From the NCBI GenBank assembly GCA_963663275.1, contig OY760183.1, positions 3,200,001 through 3,264,000 on the forward strand: a stretch of 64,000 nucleotides of DNA. Reading direction: 5' to 3'. Within the stretch, counting starts at the first letter, position 1. Every line of letters begins with the position of its first letter. Source of the DNA: Chloroflexota bacterium (GTDB lineage: Bacteria; Chloroflexota; UBA11872; VXOZ01). Positions 18,651 to 29,167 of the stretch are shown here, one piece after another. Both the position numbers and the translations under genes were made by a program. The notes beneath the pieces are model-generated. The model did not search any database and was not told where the DNA came from. It was given only the letters and a program-made list of their open reading frames with translations.

Positions 18651-19763
18651 ATGAAACGCTACCGGGCCGCGCTGATTGGTTGCGGCAACATGAGCAGGTC
18701 GCACCTTGCCGCGCTGCATGAGATTGCGGCAATCGAGGTCGTCGCCGTGTGCGACGTCGACGAAGAACGCCTGCACGCGGTCGGCGACGCCTTCGAGGTG
18801 TCAAACCGCTACAAGGATTACCACGCCATGTTCGCCGCGGAGCAGCCGGACATGGTCTCAATCGCCACCCAGGGCCCGCAGCACTGCGCCGCCACCGTGG
18901 CGGCCGCCGCCCACGGCGCGCACGTGCTCTGCGAGAAGCCGATGGCGCTCGACCTTGCCGAGGCCGATCAGATGGTCGCGGCGTGCCGCAAGGCCGGCGT
19001 CAAGCTCGCCATCAACCACCAGGCCACCGTGCGCCCGTCCCTCAAGCGGATGCGCGCCATGATCGAAAACGGCGACATCGGCGAGGTCATCCTGGTACGC
19101 GGCAACAACAAGAGCGGGCGCAAGGCCGGCAACGAATTGATGGAAATGGGCACCCACGTCTTCGACCGCATGCAGTTCATCGGCGGCGCGCCGCGCTGGT
19201 GCATGGCGTACGTCACCTGGGAAGGAGAGGCCGCCACCGCCGCCCACGCCATGGATTCGCAGGAGATGAGTCCCCGCGACCGCGCCTCCGGCCTGGTGCT
19301 GGGCGAGCGGGCCTATGCCTTGTTTGGCATGACCCGCGCGCCGGTCGGCGAGTGCCAGTTCCTGGGCTACGAGCGTACGGACAGCCGGCTCTACAGCGTG
19401 GACGCGCTCGGCACCAAAGGCCAGCTTTCGTTGCGCGGCACCGGCACGCGGCGCGGCCAGGACGCGCTCTACCACTTGCCCGTGCCCGCGTTCTACCCCG
19501 CCGACCTGCAGGACGACCCCCAGTGGCGGCCGGTTGACGTGCCGGAAGAGTTCGCTCCCGAACTGGGCAAGGAGAGCATCACGCCGATCCTCCAGGAGTT
19601 GATCAAATCCATCGAGACCGGCAGCGAGCATCCGTGCAGCGGCGAGGCTGGCCGCCTGAACCTGGAGATGGTCATGGCGATGTACACCTCGCACCTGACC
19701 GGCGCGCGGGTTGACATTCCGCTGGCGCAGCGCGCGCATCCGCTCGAGCGGCGCCTGGACTAG
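18651..19763 (+). CDS. Gfo/Idh/MocA oxidoreductase
   Basis: ALIGCGNM, HVLCEKPMA and GTHVFD motifs. Confidence 0.92.
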   Translation: MKRYRAALIGCGNMSRSHLAALHEIAAIEVVAVCDVDEERLHAVGDAFEVSNRYKDYHAMFAAEQPDMVSIATQGPQHCAATVAAAAHGAHVLCEKPMALDLAEADQMVAACRKAGVKLAINHQATVRPSLKRMRAMIENGDIGEVILVRGNNKSGRKAGNELMEMGTHVFDRMQFIGGAPRWCMAYVTWEGEAATAAHAMDSQEMSPRDRASGLVLGERAYALFGMTRAPVGECQFLGYERTDSRLYSVDALGTKGQLSLRGTGTRRGQDALYHLPVPAFYPADLQDDPQWRPVDVPEEFAPELGKESITPILQELIKSIETGSEHPCSGEAGRLNLEMVMAMYTSHLTGARVDIPLAQRAHPLERRLD

Positions 19764-19778
19764 CGCCGCGCAAAACGC

Positions 19779-21335
19779 CTACGGACGCCGCCAGGAGCGG
19801 CCGTCCATGGCGATGAGCGCGTCGGCCTCGGGCGGCCCCCAGCTACCGGCCTCGTAGTTGGGAAAACTGCTGGCGGGGCTGGATTCCCACGCCTCGATGA
19901 TCGGCGTAATCAATCCCCAGGCGTATTCGATCCACTCGCTGTGGGCGAAGAGCGTGCGGTCGCCGCGCATTATGTCCAGTAGCAGCGTCTCGTACGCCGG
20001 CGGGGCTTCACCATTGAAGAGCGATTCATAGTCGAAGTTCATGCTCACCTGATGCACCCGGATGGTCTGGCCGGGAGACTTCACCCGGAATTGCAGCGAG
20101 AATCCCTCGTTGGGCTGCACGCGAATGACAATCGCATTGGGATTCAGCGTGTCGGCGGGCGTAAGCCCGAAGAGCAAATGGGGCACGCGCTTGAACTGGA
20201 TGGCAATCTCGGTCACTTTCTTCGTCATGCTCTTGCCGGAGCGCAGATAGAACGGCACGCCCTCCCAACGCCAGTTGTCGATGTAGAGTTTCAGCGCGGC
20301 AAAGGTCTCGCGGTTTGACTGCGGGTCGGTGTTTTCCTCTTCCCGGTACCCGTTGACGTATTCTCCGCGCACCCAGCCCGGGCCGTATTGCCCGCGCACC
20401 GCCCACTGATCGATCTGCGTGAGCGGGATCGGGCGCGTGGCCCGCAAGACCTTGATCTTTTCCGCCCCGACCGCCTCGGCGTCGAACACCACCGGCGGGT
20501 CCATTGCCACCAGCGAGTAGAGTTGCAGCAGGTGGTTCTGGAACATGTCGCGCATCGCCCCGGACTCTTCATAGTAGCCGGCGCGGTGTTCCACCCCCAG
20601 GCTTTCGGACGCCGTAATCTGCACGTGGTCCACGTAGCGGCGGTTCCACAGCGGCTCGAAGATGTGGTTCGCCAGCCGGAAGACCAGGATATTCTGCACG
20701 GTCTCCTTGCCCAGGTAGTGGTCGATGCGGTAGGTCTGGGATTCAGAAAAGACCCGCGCGATCTGCGCGTTGAGCGCGTGGGCGGACGCCAGGTCCCGGC
20801 CAAACGGCTTTTCGATCACGAGACGCCGCCAGGACGCGGCATCGTCATCCGCTCGATGCAGCCCCACCGCGCCCAGTTGCTCGATGACGTCCGAATAGAC
20901 GCTGGGCGGCGTGGAGAGATAGAAGACGTAGTTGGCGCCGCAGTTGTTCTCGGCGGAAACCGCGCCCAGCAACGCGGACAGCCGGCGGAAGTCTGCCTCG
21001 TTGTCATAGTTGCCGGAGACGTAGTGGAGCCGCCGCGCGAACTCTGCCCAGGATTCCTTGTCAACCGGCGTGTCGCCCGCGAACGCGCGCGCGGCGGACT
21101 CCATCTCGTCGCGGAAGATCGCGGTATCCCACTTGCTGCGGGAGAATCCCACGATCGCGAAGTTTTCAGGCATCAAGCCGCGCTGCTGCAAGCTATACAG
21201 CGCCGGCACGATCATGCGGCCGGTCAGGTCGCCGGTAGCGCCAAAGATGACAATGGCGCAGCCCTCAGGCCCGCGCGGCGCGGACGCGCTCTGTTCCTGG
21301 CCGGCGGCTCGCGACGCCTCCAGCATGGATGCCAT
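19779..21335 (-). CDS. zwf: Glucose-6-phosphate 1-dehydrogenase
   Basis: IFGATGDL, IEKPFG, RIDHYLGKE, NWRWEGVPFYLRSGK and YEAGSWGP motifs. Confidence 0.97.
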   Translation of the reverse strand: MASMLEASRAAGQEQSASAPRGPEGCAIVIFGATGDLTGRMIVPALYSLQQRGLMPENFAIVGFSRSKWDTAIFRDEMESAARAFAGDTPVDKESWAEFARRLHYVSGNYDNEADFRRLSALLGAVSAENNCGANYVFYLSTPPSVYSDVIEQLGAVGLHRADDDAASWRRLVIEKPFGRDLASAHALNAQIARVFSESQTYRIDHYLGKETVQNILVFRLANHIFEPLWNRRYVDHVQITASESLGVEHRAGYYEESGAMRDMFQNHLLQLYSLVAMDPPVVFDAEAVGAEKIKVLRATRPIPLTQIDQWAVRGQYGPGWVRGEYVNGYREEENTDPQSNRETFAALKLYIDNWRWEGVPFYLRSGKSMTKKVTEIAIQFKRVPHLLFGLTPADTLNPNAIVIRVQPNEGFSLQFRVKSPGQTIRVHQVSMNFDYESLFNGEAPPAYETLLLDIMRGDRTLFAHSEWIEYAWGLITPIIEAWESSPASSFPNYEAGSWGPPEADALIAMDGRSWRRP

Positions 21336-21572
21336 CCCCTTAGCTGATTCTCGGTTTGTGCTCGCACCACATTATAGCGTGTTGCTCGCCGCGCCCAGCC
21401 GTATCAGGCAGGCGCGCGCCAGTCCTGCCATGTTTCCCAGCAGGATAATGAATCGCCTGAAACTATGCAAACCCGCCGGCCCAACTCTGAAAGGCACGGC
21501 CGGACAACATGCTCGTGTTGATTCCAACAGTGCGCAAGGGCTAGTCGTCCGCTATGGACGGCAGTTCAGAGC

Positions 21573-21626
21573 GTAGCGCGGGGGCTTGTCCCCCAGACGA
21601 CGGGGCGGTTCGCGAACCGCCCCTAC
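21573..21626. repeat. Two GTAG-type REP palindromes
   Basis: GTAGCGCGGGGGCTTGTCCCCC and GGGGCGGTTCGCGAACCGCCCCTAC. Confidence 0.8.
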
Positions 21627-21719
21627 GCGGCTGGATTGCCTACGTAGCGAATCTCCGCGGCAATGACGGCTTGGGCAGCCCCCGGATTCGCGGTTTACCA
21701 CCGACCGGTCGCCGAGACG

Positions 21720-23408
21720 TCATCGCAGCCCCGTCAGCGCCTGTTCCAGCGCGGCCAAGCCTTCCCCGTAATCCGCCCCCAGGTGAACGCGCAGCACCCG
21801 CCGCCCGTGGCGTTGCAAGGCGCGCACGTCGCCCAGCGCCTGCGCCTGGAGGAACGTCCCGAACGAGTACGGCGCGCCGGGAATCGGCAGGTCATCGACC
21901 ACGTCCGCCGTGAGTTGCAGGCACACGGCGGTATCGGGCCCGCCTTTGTGCAGTTGTCCCGTGGAGTGGAGAAAGCGGGGGCCGTAGCCTAGCGTCGTTG
22001 CCGCCTGGGTTGCGGCGCGAATCGCGTGGCGGACGGTTTGCAGGCGGCGCTGCGCGGGCTCCTCCTGCGGCAGGTAGGCCATCAGCGCCACGTAATCGCC
22101 AGTCCCAACCTGGCCGAGGAAGCCGCGCAAGGCTTCACCCGCGCTCTCGCCCTGGCACTCCCCGTACACGGATAGAACACCGTCGGCGATGGCCGCCTTC
22201 TCAGCGGGGAGTCTTCCTTCTTCCGAATACGTTCGCAGGAGCGCGGCGGTGTTGTCCTTACTCTCCTGGACGTTCGGCTCGTCGAAAGGATTGACGCCGA
22301 GCAGGTGTCCCGCCACCGCCGTAGCCGCTTCCCAGCGGAAGAACTCCTGTCCCAAATCCATCCGGTCGGCCACTTCCAGGCGGATTACCGGATGTCCGGC
22401 GGCCGCCAGCGCCCGGAGCCGCCGCGCCGTATCCTCTTCACCGGCGCGCCGCAGCGCCACGTGCACGAAGATCCGGTCCGCGCCGTACGCTTCCGGCGCG
22501 CCAAGTTCCTCACCCTCGACCGGCACAATCCCCACGCCCCGCTTGCCGAGGCTCTCCGCCACAAGCTGTTCCAGCCACCAGCCCAGCGTGGCAATCTCCG
22601 GCGCGCAGACGAGCGTCAGCTTATCCCGCCCCTGCCTGGCGTGGGTTGCAAGTTGCGCCCCCAAGACGATGCCGGGGTTACTGGCCGCGCCTATCTCAGG
22701 CCCGCAGCGTTGCGCCATGGCCCCGGCGCGGGCGAGCACGTCGGCCACGTCCATACCCATAAGCGCCATCGGCGCAAGGCCGAAGAACGAAAGCGCCGAG
22801 TACCGGCCGCCGATGTCGGCGGGGTTGCGAAAGACGTGGCGAAAGCCCCGCGCGGTCGCCTCAGCGTCAAGCGGCGTGCCGGGGTCGGTGATGGCGATGA
22901 ATTGCGCGCCGGGCGACGCGCTCCCCGTCTGCGCGACCTGCTGCCAGAAGTAGTGGTAGAAGGCGTTGGACTCGCCGGTGGTACCGGACTTGCTGGAGAC
23001 GATGAAGAGCGTGCGCGCCGCGTCAACGGCGTCATGTACCGCACGCACGGCGCGCGGGTAGGTGCTGTCGAGCACGTGCAGCCGCGGCCAACCGGGGGCT
23101 GCGCCAAAGGTGGCGCGGCAGACGTCCGGACAGAGGCTGCTGCCGCCCATGCCGAGGACGACGGCGTCGGTAAAGCCTTCCGCCCGCGCCCTCTCAGCAA
23201 CGGCGCTGATTTCGGCAAGCCCAGACCCGCGCACGTCCGCAACGACGTTCAGCCACCCCAGGCGGTCGCGAATGGCCGCTTGCGCCTGTGGATCGTCCGA
23301 CCAGAGGGAGGTATCCTTCCGCCAGAGGCGCGCGCCTACGTCCGCGTGGGCAAGCGTCGTCACAGCCTGCGCAAGCGCACTGTCCGCGCCGCCGGTTTGC
23401 CCCGCCAT
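21720..23408 (-). CDS. pgi: Glucose-6-phosphate isomerase (type found in Tal-Pgi fusions)
   Basis: GMGGSSL, SSKSGTT, IGGRYSAL, EQLVAESLGK, NPFDEPNVQESK and HSTGQLHKGGP motifs. Confidence 0.93.
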   Translation of the reverse strand: MAGQTGGADSALAQAVTTLAHADVGARLWRKDTSLWSDDPQAQAAIRDRLGWLNVVADVRGSGLAEISAVAERARAEGFTDAVVLGMGGSSLCPDVCRATFGAAPGWPRLHVLDSTYPRAVRAVHDAVDAARTLFIVSSKSGTTGESNAFYHYFWQQVAQTGSASPGAQFIAITDPGTPLDAEATARGFRHVFRNPADIGGRYSALSFFGLAPMALMGMDVADVLARAGAMAQRCGPEIGAASNPGIVLGAQLATHARQGRDKLTLVCAPEIATLGWWLEQLVAESLGKRGVGIVPVEGEELGAPEAYGADRIFVHVALRRAGEEDTARRLRALAAAGHPVIRLEVADRMDLGQEFFRWEAATAVAGHLLGVNPFDEPNVQESKDNTAALLRTYSEEGRLPAEKAAIADGVLSVYGECQGESAGEALRGFLGQVGTGDYVALMAYLPQEEPAQRRLQTVRHAIRAATQAATTLGYGPRFLHSTGQLHKGGPDTAVCLQLTADVVDDLPIPGAPYSFGTFLQAQALGDVRALQRHGRRVLRVHLGADYGEGLAALEQALTGLR

Positions 23409-23410
23409 GG

Positions 23411-24538
23411 CTACGTCGCGGCCACCAGTTCGGCGCACACCTGCTCGATCCGTTCCAGCAGCGCGTGGTACGGCTGCACGAACTTATCCACGCCTTCCTG
23501 CTGGAGTTGCCGCGTCATCGCGTCGTAGTCCACGCCTACGGCGGCCAGCGCGTCCAGCACGGCCTGTGCCTGCGCCACGCCCGTGTCCACCGTTTGCGCC
23601 AGCGTGCCGTGGTCGCGGAAGGCGTCCATTGTCTCGTCCGGCAGGGTATTCACCGTATGCGGGCCGATCAGGTGATTCACGTACATCACGTCGGAATAGT
23701 CCGGATTCTTCGTGCTGGTGCTGGCCCAGAGCACACGCTGCACCCGCGCGCCCTTGGCCTCCAGCGCGCGGAAGCGCTCCGACTTGAAGAATTCGAGGAA
23801 GTGCTGGTAGGCAATCTTGGCGTTGGCAATCGCCACCCTGCCCAGGAGATCCTCCGCGCGGTCATCACCGGCTTGCGCGCGGGCTTCCAGCAGTTCGTCG
23901 GCCAGCGTATCGATGCGGCTGACGAAGAAACTCGCCACGGAGGCAATGCGGTCGATCGGCTCGCCCGCCGCCGCGCGCGCTTCCAGAGCGGAAATGTACG
24001 CCTCGGCCACACTGTCGTAGTCGCTGAGCGAGAACATCAACGTAATGTTGACGTTGTGCCCCTCGATGAGCATCTGGCGCACCGCGGGAATGCCCTCGTC
24101 CGTGGCCGGAATCTTGATCATCACGTTGGGGCGGGCCACCTGCCGCCAGAGGCGGCGCACCTCGGCGATGGTGCGCTGGGTATCGAAGGCGAGTTCCGGC
24201 GACACCTCGAGACTGACCAGGCCGTGCTCGCCGCCGCTGGCGTCGTACACCGGACGCAGCACGTCGCACGCCGCCTGGATGTCCGTGACCGCCACTTCCT
24301 CGTAGATATCCGCCGTGCTCTTGCCGCTGGCGTGCAGCGCGCGCAACTGGTCCCGGTAGTCGCCGCTGCCGCTGATTGCTTTCTCGAAGATGGCCGGGTT
24401 CGACGTCATGCCCCGCAAGCCGTCGTTGTCGATCAACTCTTGCAGTTGACCCGATTGAATCAAACCGCGGCTGATGCTGTCCAGCCACACGCTCTGGTCG
24501 TAGTCCTGCAACTGTACAAGCCTGTTCAGTTCCGACAC
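23411..24538 (-). CDS. tal: Transaldolase
   Basis: QSVWLD, GMTSNPAIF, VSLEVSP, NVMIKIPAT, SFFVSR and WASTSTK motifs. Confidence 0.96.
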   Translation of the reverse strand: MSELNRLVQLQDYDQSVWLDSISRGLIQSGQLQELIDNDGLRGMTSNPAIFEKAISGSGDYRDQLRALHASGKSTADIYEEVAVTDIQAACDVLRPVYDASGGEHGLVSLEVSPELAFDTQRTIAEVRRLWRQVARPNVMIKIPATDEGIPAVRQMLIEGHNVNITLMFSLSDYDSVAEAYISALEARAAAGEPIDRIASVASFFVSRIDTLADELLEARAQAGDDRAEDLLGRVAIANAKIAYQHFLEFFKSERFRALEAKGARVQRVLWASTSTKNPDYSDVMYVNHLIGPHTVNTLPDETMDAFRDHGTLAQTVDTGVAQAQAVLDALAAVGVDYDAMTRQLQQEGVDKFVQPYHALLERIEQVCAELVAAT

Positions 24539-24638
24539 TTGGCGCCTCCTCTATGCCGGCTCGAATGCGAATGCTGTCCGTAAGTCGTTTCCCTCTTGCC
24601 GTTTTGCGCTATCGTGTTATCGTGCCAAACCGTTGGCA

Positions 24639-25106
24639 TTAGGCACGGCCGGCCTCGCGTTCCGCCTGTTCCAACGCCGTGACTTTCGCCAGGCGGCGCG
24701 CGTGCCGTTCTTCACCCGTGAATTCGGCGGCCAGGAACGCCGCCACCAACTCCTCCATCACCGCCGGACCCACCACGCGCGGGCCCAGGCACAGCACGTT
24801 GACGTTATCGTGCTCCACCGCCTGGTGCGCCGAGTACGCGTCGTGGCAGAGGCCGGCGCGGATGCCGCGCATCTTGTTGGCCGCAATGCTCGCGCCCACG
24901 CCGCTGCCGCAGAGCAGGATGCCGCGGTCCGCCTCGCCGCGCTGCAAGGCCTCGCCCACCAGGCGCGCATAGTCCGGGTAATCGTCGGCCGGATCCAGTT
25001 CGTGCGGGCCAACGTCGAGCACGTCGTGGCCGGCGGCCTCGAGCGACCGCCGCACCGCGTCCTTGCTGGCCAGTCCGTTGTGATCCGCGCCGATTACGAT
25101 ACGCAT
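24639..25106 (-). CDS. rpiB: Ribose-5-phosphate isomerase B
   Basis: IGADH, DYPD, CGSGVG, ANK, HDNVNVL and RHARR motifs. Confidence 0.95.
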   Translation of the reverse strand: MRIVIGADHNGLASKDAVRRSLEAAGHDVLDVGPHELDPADDYPDYARLVGEALQRGEADRGILLCGSGVGASIAANKMRGIRAGLCHDAYSAHQAVEHDNVNVLCLGPRVVGPAVMEELVAAFLAAEFTGEERHARRLAKVTALEQAEREAGRA

Positions 25107-25229
25107 CAGCCCTGCCTCCCGCTCTATCCTACCGGATTTGGCAGGCAAGGCGCTAGATTCCGTTGGCGCTCCAGTTTCGTTGGCGTGCCCGCTCCGTCCG
25201 CGCTGAGCACGTCTTTGATTCTACCAATC

Positions 25230-25415
25230 CCGTTCGTGCTGAGCCTGTCGAAGCACATTCAGCGTGGGCGCCGCCACACCGTTCACCCTTCGACTTTGCT
25301 CAGGGCGAACGGTGTGGCGGCGCCCGATTCTCCCGGGCCCGTTTACGCTTCGACAGGCTCAGCGCGAACGGGGCCGGCGCTCAACGCAAACAAGGTCGGC
25401 GCTCAGGGTGAACGG
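25230..25415. repeat. Cluster of TTCGAC..GCTCAG..CGAACGG REP-like palindromes
   Basis: One reverse and three forward copies, the last degenerate. Confidence 0.8.
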
Positions 25416-25439
25416 GGCCGGTAGCAGCGCCCACGTCCT

Positions 25440-27185
25440 TCAAGGGGATGCGTCCCACCGCAGCGCGTGTTCGCCAGGCTCCAGCGTCCGGGTGACCGCG
25501 TGGAAGCGGAAGCCGTAACGTTCGACACGGCGCGAGGCCGCGGGCCGGCCGTCGAATTGAAGGCCGCGTTCGTCATCGCCAACGTCCAGCACAAGCAGCG
25601 TCGCGTCCTCGAGCGGCGCGTCCACGCGCAGGCCGGCGCCGGTTTCGTTCACGTCGGCGAACGCCAGCGTGCGGCGGCCCCGCTCCCAGGCGTTGATCTC
25701 CCGCGCGGTCCACCACGGCAGACCCAGTTTCCGCGCGTAGCGCACCGTGTCCGCCATGGCCGCCGGAACGCCGGGCCGCAGGCAGTGGTGCGGATGGAAG
25801 AGGAAGTGCGCCACGCCGTAGTGCCGCTTCACCCGATCGATGAGCGGCTCGGCAATGGCGTACGGCGCGTACTCGTCCACCGGCGCGTCGGGATGGATGG
25901 CCGGATTCACCATGTCCTGGCTGAGAAAATTGACTTCCAGCACGTCGTAGAAGCGGCCGGACTCCGGTTCCATCGGGAACCAGGGGTGCGCGCTGCCAAA
26001 GAGGTGGCCGGTATTGCCGTCCTTGGAAGGGCCTTTCGACTGGTCGTGCGCGATGCCCAGACGCTCCAGCCACCGGTAGAACTCCAGATGGCCTTCCCAG
26101 CGGGTGTAGTGGTTCTTGTTGCTGGTGATGGTCTCCAGGCCGGCCTCGCGCCGCAGGTATTCCCACTGGAAGGCCAGATCGTCGTAGTCCCAGCGGTTCG
26201 GCTCCTTGCCCGAGAGCGCGTCGAAGTGCAGGCAGACTTCGCTGCCGTAGTCCGCCACCGCATCGTACAGCGCGCGCGTGTAGCCCGGATACTGGATGCA
26301 CCACGTGGAGCGCACGTCGAGGCCGCGGGTGTTCTCCAGCAGTTGGAACGCGCGGTCGAGCACGTTGTTGTCGGAATCGTGGGAGAGGTGCGCCACCGCT
26401 TCCAGGCCGCCGGGCCAGTACCAGAGCAGCGGCAGCGGGGTAGCCGTATGCAGCGCGCCGTAAAAGACGCTGCGCAGCAGGATGGCGCGCAGTTCGTCGC
26501 CGACGGCTTCACGGAAGAACGGCAGCGGGGCGTCGGAGGCCCGGTCCGTCTGCCAGTCCAGCACGACGCCGTCGTCGCACTTCAGGATGCCGTCGTCCAC
26601 GTTCGCCGTGCCGTCGGGCGCGGGCGCGCCGTCCTGGCGCACGGGCTTGCCTTGCAACATGTGGAGGATGCACCAGGGCAGGTCCGCCGCGCAGAAGATG
26701 CCAAGCCCCCGCTGGAGGCGGTAGACGCCGATCCCCACGCCGATGCGCTTCCCCTCCGCATCGCAGAGGTCCGCCAGCACGCCGGTCCCGGCCGCCCGCG
26801 CCGTCACGGCGTCCCAGACGTGTAACGACGATTGCAATCCACGCACCACCGGATGCTCCGTCCGGGTGACCCGCAAGAACGCCTCATGCGCGCCCGTCTG
26901 CGTGCGCACGCCGAAGAGATCGTCGAGGCCGCTCGTGCCGCCCAGCCCGATCAGAACGCCGCCCGCGGCCACGAAACCGTAGAGCCGGCCCATCTCCGGC
27001 GTGGTAACGTCGTGGTGCGGCAGGATGAGCGCCCTGACGGTCGCCAACGCCTCCGGCAATGATGCGGCGTCTATCCGCGTAAACGGAATGCCCGCGTGTG
27101 CCAGAATCTCCAGCACGTACGCGCTGCGCGGCCGGTAGCCGCCTTCGTGCAGATAGACGCCAAGCGGCTGGACGCCGGGATGCAT
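25440..27185 (-). CDS. Hypothetical protein with polysaccharide deacetylase-like (NodB fold) C-terminal region
   Basis: N-terminal GATase-like 'FVAAGGVLIG' segment; SHDSD, EVCLH, KNHYTRW and FLFHPHH motifs. Confidence 0.6.
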   Translation of the reverse strand: MHPGVQPLGVYLHEGGYRPRSAYVLEILAHAGIPFTRIDAASLPEALATVRALILPHHDVTTPEMGRLYGFVAAGGVLIGLGGTSGLDDLFGVRTQTGAHEAFLRVTRTEHPVVRGLQSSLHVWDAVTARAAGTGVLADLCDAEGKRIGVGIGVYRLQRGLGIFCAADLPWCILHMLQGKPVRQDGAPAPDGTANVDDGILKCDDGVVLDWQTDRASDAPLPFFREAVGDELRAILLRSVFYGALHTATPLPLLWYWPGGLEAVAHLSHDSDNNVLDRAFQLLENTRGLDVRSTWCIQYPGYTRALYDAVADYGSEVCLHFDALSGKEPNRWDYDDLAFQWEYLRREAGLETITSNKNHYTRWEGHLEFYRWLERLGIAHDQSKGPSKDGNTGHLFGSAHPWFPMEPESGRFYDVLEVNFLSQDMVNPAIHPDAPVDEYAPYAIAEPLIDRVKRHYGVAHFLFHPHHCLRPGVPAAMADTVRYARKLGLPWWTAREINAWERGRRTLAFADVNETGAGLRVDAPLEDATLLVLDVGDDERGLQFDGRPAASRRVERYGFRFHAVTRTLEPGEHALRWDASP

Positions 27186-27278
27186 AATTCCAACTCCGTA
27201 ATCGCGCCGGGGCCATGCAGTTGCCAAGCCCCTCGTCACCGCCGCGCCGTTGCCGCCGGCGCGCCATCTTCATTCACC

Positions 27279-27560
27279 GTAGCGCGGGGGCTTGTCCCCC
27301 GCCTCCGCACCGGCGGTCACCTACTTAACGGCGAACGACGGTCGCGCCCGGCTCGTACCTCACCTCGGTAGGGGCGGTTCGCGAACCGCCCCTACGTGAA
27401 CGTACCGCCGGTCGCATGGCATTGGGTCAACCCATCTGCGCGGGGGCGGCAGGGTTGCGCTCTCTCCGTTCACCGTAGCGCGGGGGCTTGTCCCCCGCCT
27501 CCGGACTCCGCTCGCGCACACGCGACGACGGCGGGCGCAGGTTACAAACCTGCGCTACCG
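27279..27560. repeat. Mixed GTAG REP cluster
   Basis: TTCACCGTAGCGCGGGGGCTTGTCCCCCGCCTCCG x2 (27279, 27475), GTAGGGGCGGTTCGCGAACCGCCCCTAC (27368), reverse GCGCAGGTTACAAACCTGCGCTACC (27535). Confidence 0.85.
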
Positions 27561-27667
27561 GAGGCGGAATCGCCTTAATCGGCTATGCACACGGCTATAA
27601 CCACCGGAGGCGAAATCGCACAAAATCGGCTATGCAAACGCCAAGGACCGCCGCACGCCCACACCGC

Positions 27668-29161
27668 CTAATCCCCTTTGAGGCTCAGCGGCTGGCCGAT
27701 CTCGTGGATGCGGATCAGGTTCGTCGTGCCGCCCACGCCGAACGGCATACCGGCCGTGAAGACCACCGTATCGCCGTCCCGCACGTGGCCCGCGTTCTTT
27801 GCCAGTTCCACGGCCTCGCGCATTGCCATGTCGGTATCGGTCTTCACCGTAGCCAGCAGCGGTTCCGTGCCCCAACTCAGGGCGAGTTGGCGCCAGATCG
27901 ACACGTCGGGCGTCACCGCCAGCAGTTGCACGTGGGGGCGCAGGCGGGCCAACATGCGGGCCGTGTAGCCCGATTGGGTCAGGGCGAAGATCGCCGTCGC
28001 GCCCAGTTCCTCGGCGATGCGGTGCGTAGCCGTGGCAATCGCGTCGGTCGCGTCGCTGGCGTCGACGGCGCCGGAACTCTCCACGTGCGGGTCGACGCTG
28101 GTCGCTATGCGCGCCATCACCGAAACGGCCTCCACCGGAAAGGGGCCGATCGCCGTCTCGCCGGAGAGCATCACCGCGTCGCTGCCGTCCAGGATTGCGT
28201 TCGCCACGTCGCTGGCCTCGGCCCGGGTCGGCACCGGATTTTGCATCATCGATTCCAGCATTTGGGTGGCCGTAATCACCGGCTTGCCCCACGCGCGCGC
28301 TTTCCGGATGATTGTCTTCTGGTGCAGCGGCACCTCTTCCGGCGGCACCTGCACGCCCAGGTCGCCCCGCGCCACCATGATGCCGTCCGCCGCCGCCAGG
28401 ATTTCGTCGAAGTGCTCGATCGCCTCCTGGGTCTCGATCTTGGCGATGATGGGAATGGTCGCGCCGTGGTTCAGCATCAACTGCCGCAGTATCTCGATGT
28501 CCGTCCCTGTGCGCACGTAGGAGAGCGCCACCCAATCCACCTCCTGCTCCACGGCAAAGCGCACGTCTTCCCAATCCTTGGCGGTGAGGCTGGGCAGATT
28601 GAGGCTGCGCCCGCGCACCACCACCGCCTTGCCGCTGATAAGTTCACCGGCGCGAATCACCCGCGCGAACACCGCGGCTTGCTCTGACTTTACCCGCGTC
28701 GCGATCACTTCCACCGCAATCAAGCCGTCGTCGAGCAGGATCGTATCGCCCGGCCGCGTCTCCGCGGCCAAGCGGGCGAAGCGCACCGGCGCCAATTCAA
28801 CGCTGGGCGCTTCAGGATCCAGCGATTGCGCGAAGTCGCACAAGCTCTGGCGCGCCGCCGCGTCGCTCTCTTCACCGTCCACCGTGAGGATGAGGAGTCC
28901 GCCCAACTCCAGGCGCAGCGGCGCGTCGGCAAGCGCGCCCACGCGCACCTTCGGACCTTGCAGGTCGGCAATGATGGGCAGGGTCGCGCCTTCCGCGGCC
29001 GCCAACCGGCGCAGCAATCCAATGGACCGCGCCTGCGACTCATGGGTGCCGTGGGAAAAGTTGACCCGCGCCACGTCCAGCCCGGCCCGCACCATGGCGC
29101 GCAGTGTATCCTCGTTCGCGGTTTCCGGGCCGATGGTGGCCACGATGCGTGTGCGGCGCAT
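27668..29161 (-). CDS. pyk: Pyruvate kinase
   Basis: RTRIVATIGP, RVNFSHG, DLQGPK, IIAKIE, MVARGDLG, ATQMLESM and PTRAE motifs. Confidence 0.97.
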   Translation of the reverse strand: MRRTRIVATIGPETANEDTLRAMVRAGLDVARVNFSHGTHESQARSIGLLRRLAAAEGATLPIIADLQGPKVRVGALADAPLRLELGGLLILTVDGEESDAAARQSLCDFAQSLDPEAPSVELAPVRFARLAAETRPGDTILLDDGLIAVEVIATRVKSEQAAVFARVIRAGELISGKAVVVRGRSLNLPSLTAKDWEDVRFAVEQEVDWVALSYVRTGTDIEILRQLMLNHGATIPIIAKIETQEAIEHFDEILAAADGIMVARGDLGVQVPPEEVPLHQKTIIRKARAWGKPVITATQMLESMMQNPVPTRAEASDVANAILDGSDAVMLSGETAIGPFPVEAVSVMARIATSVDPHVESSGAVDASDATDAIATATHRIAEELGATAIFALTQSGYTARMLARLRPHVQLLAVTPDVSIWRQLALSWGTEPLLATVKTDTDMAMREAVELAKNAGHVRDGDTVVFTAGMPFGVGGTTNLIRIHEIGQPLSLKGD

Positions 29162-29167
29162 AACTCT

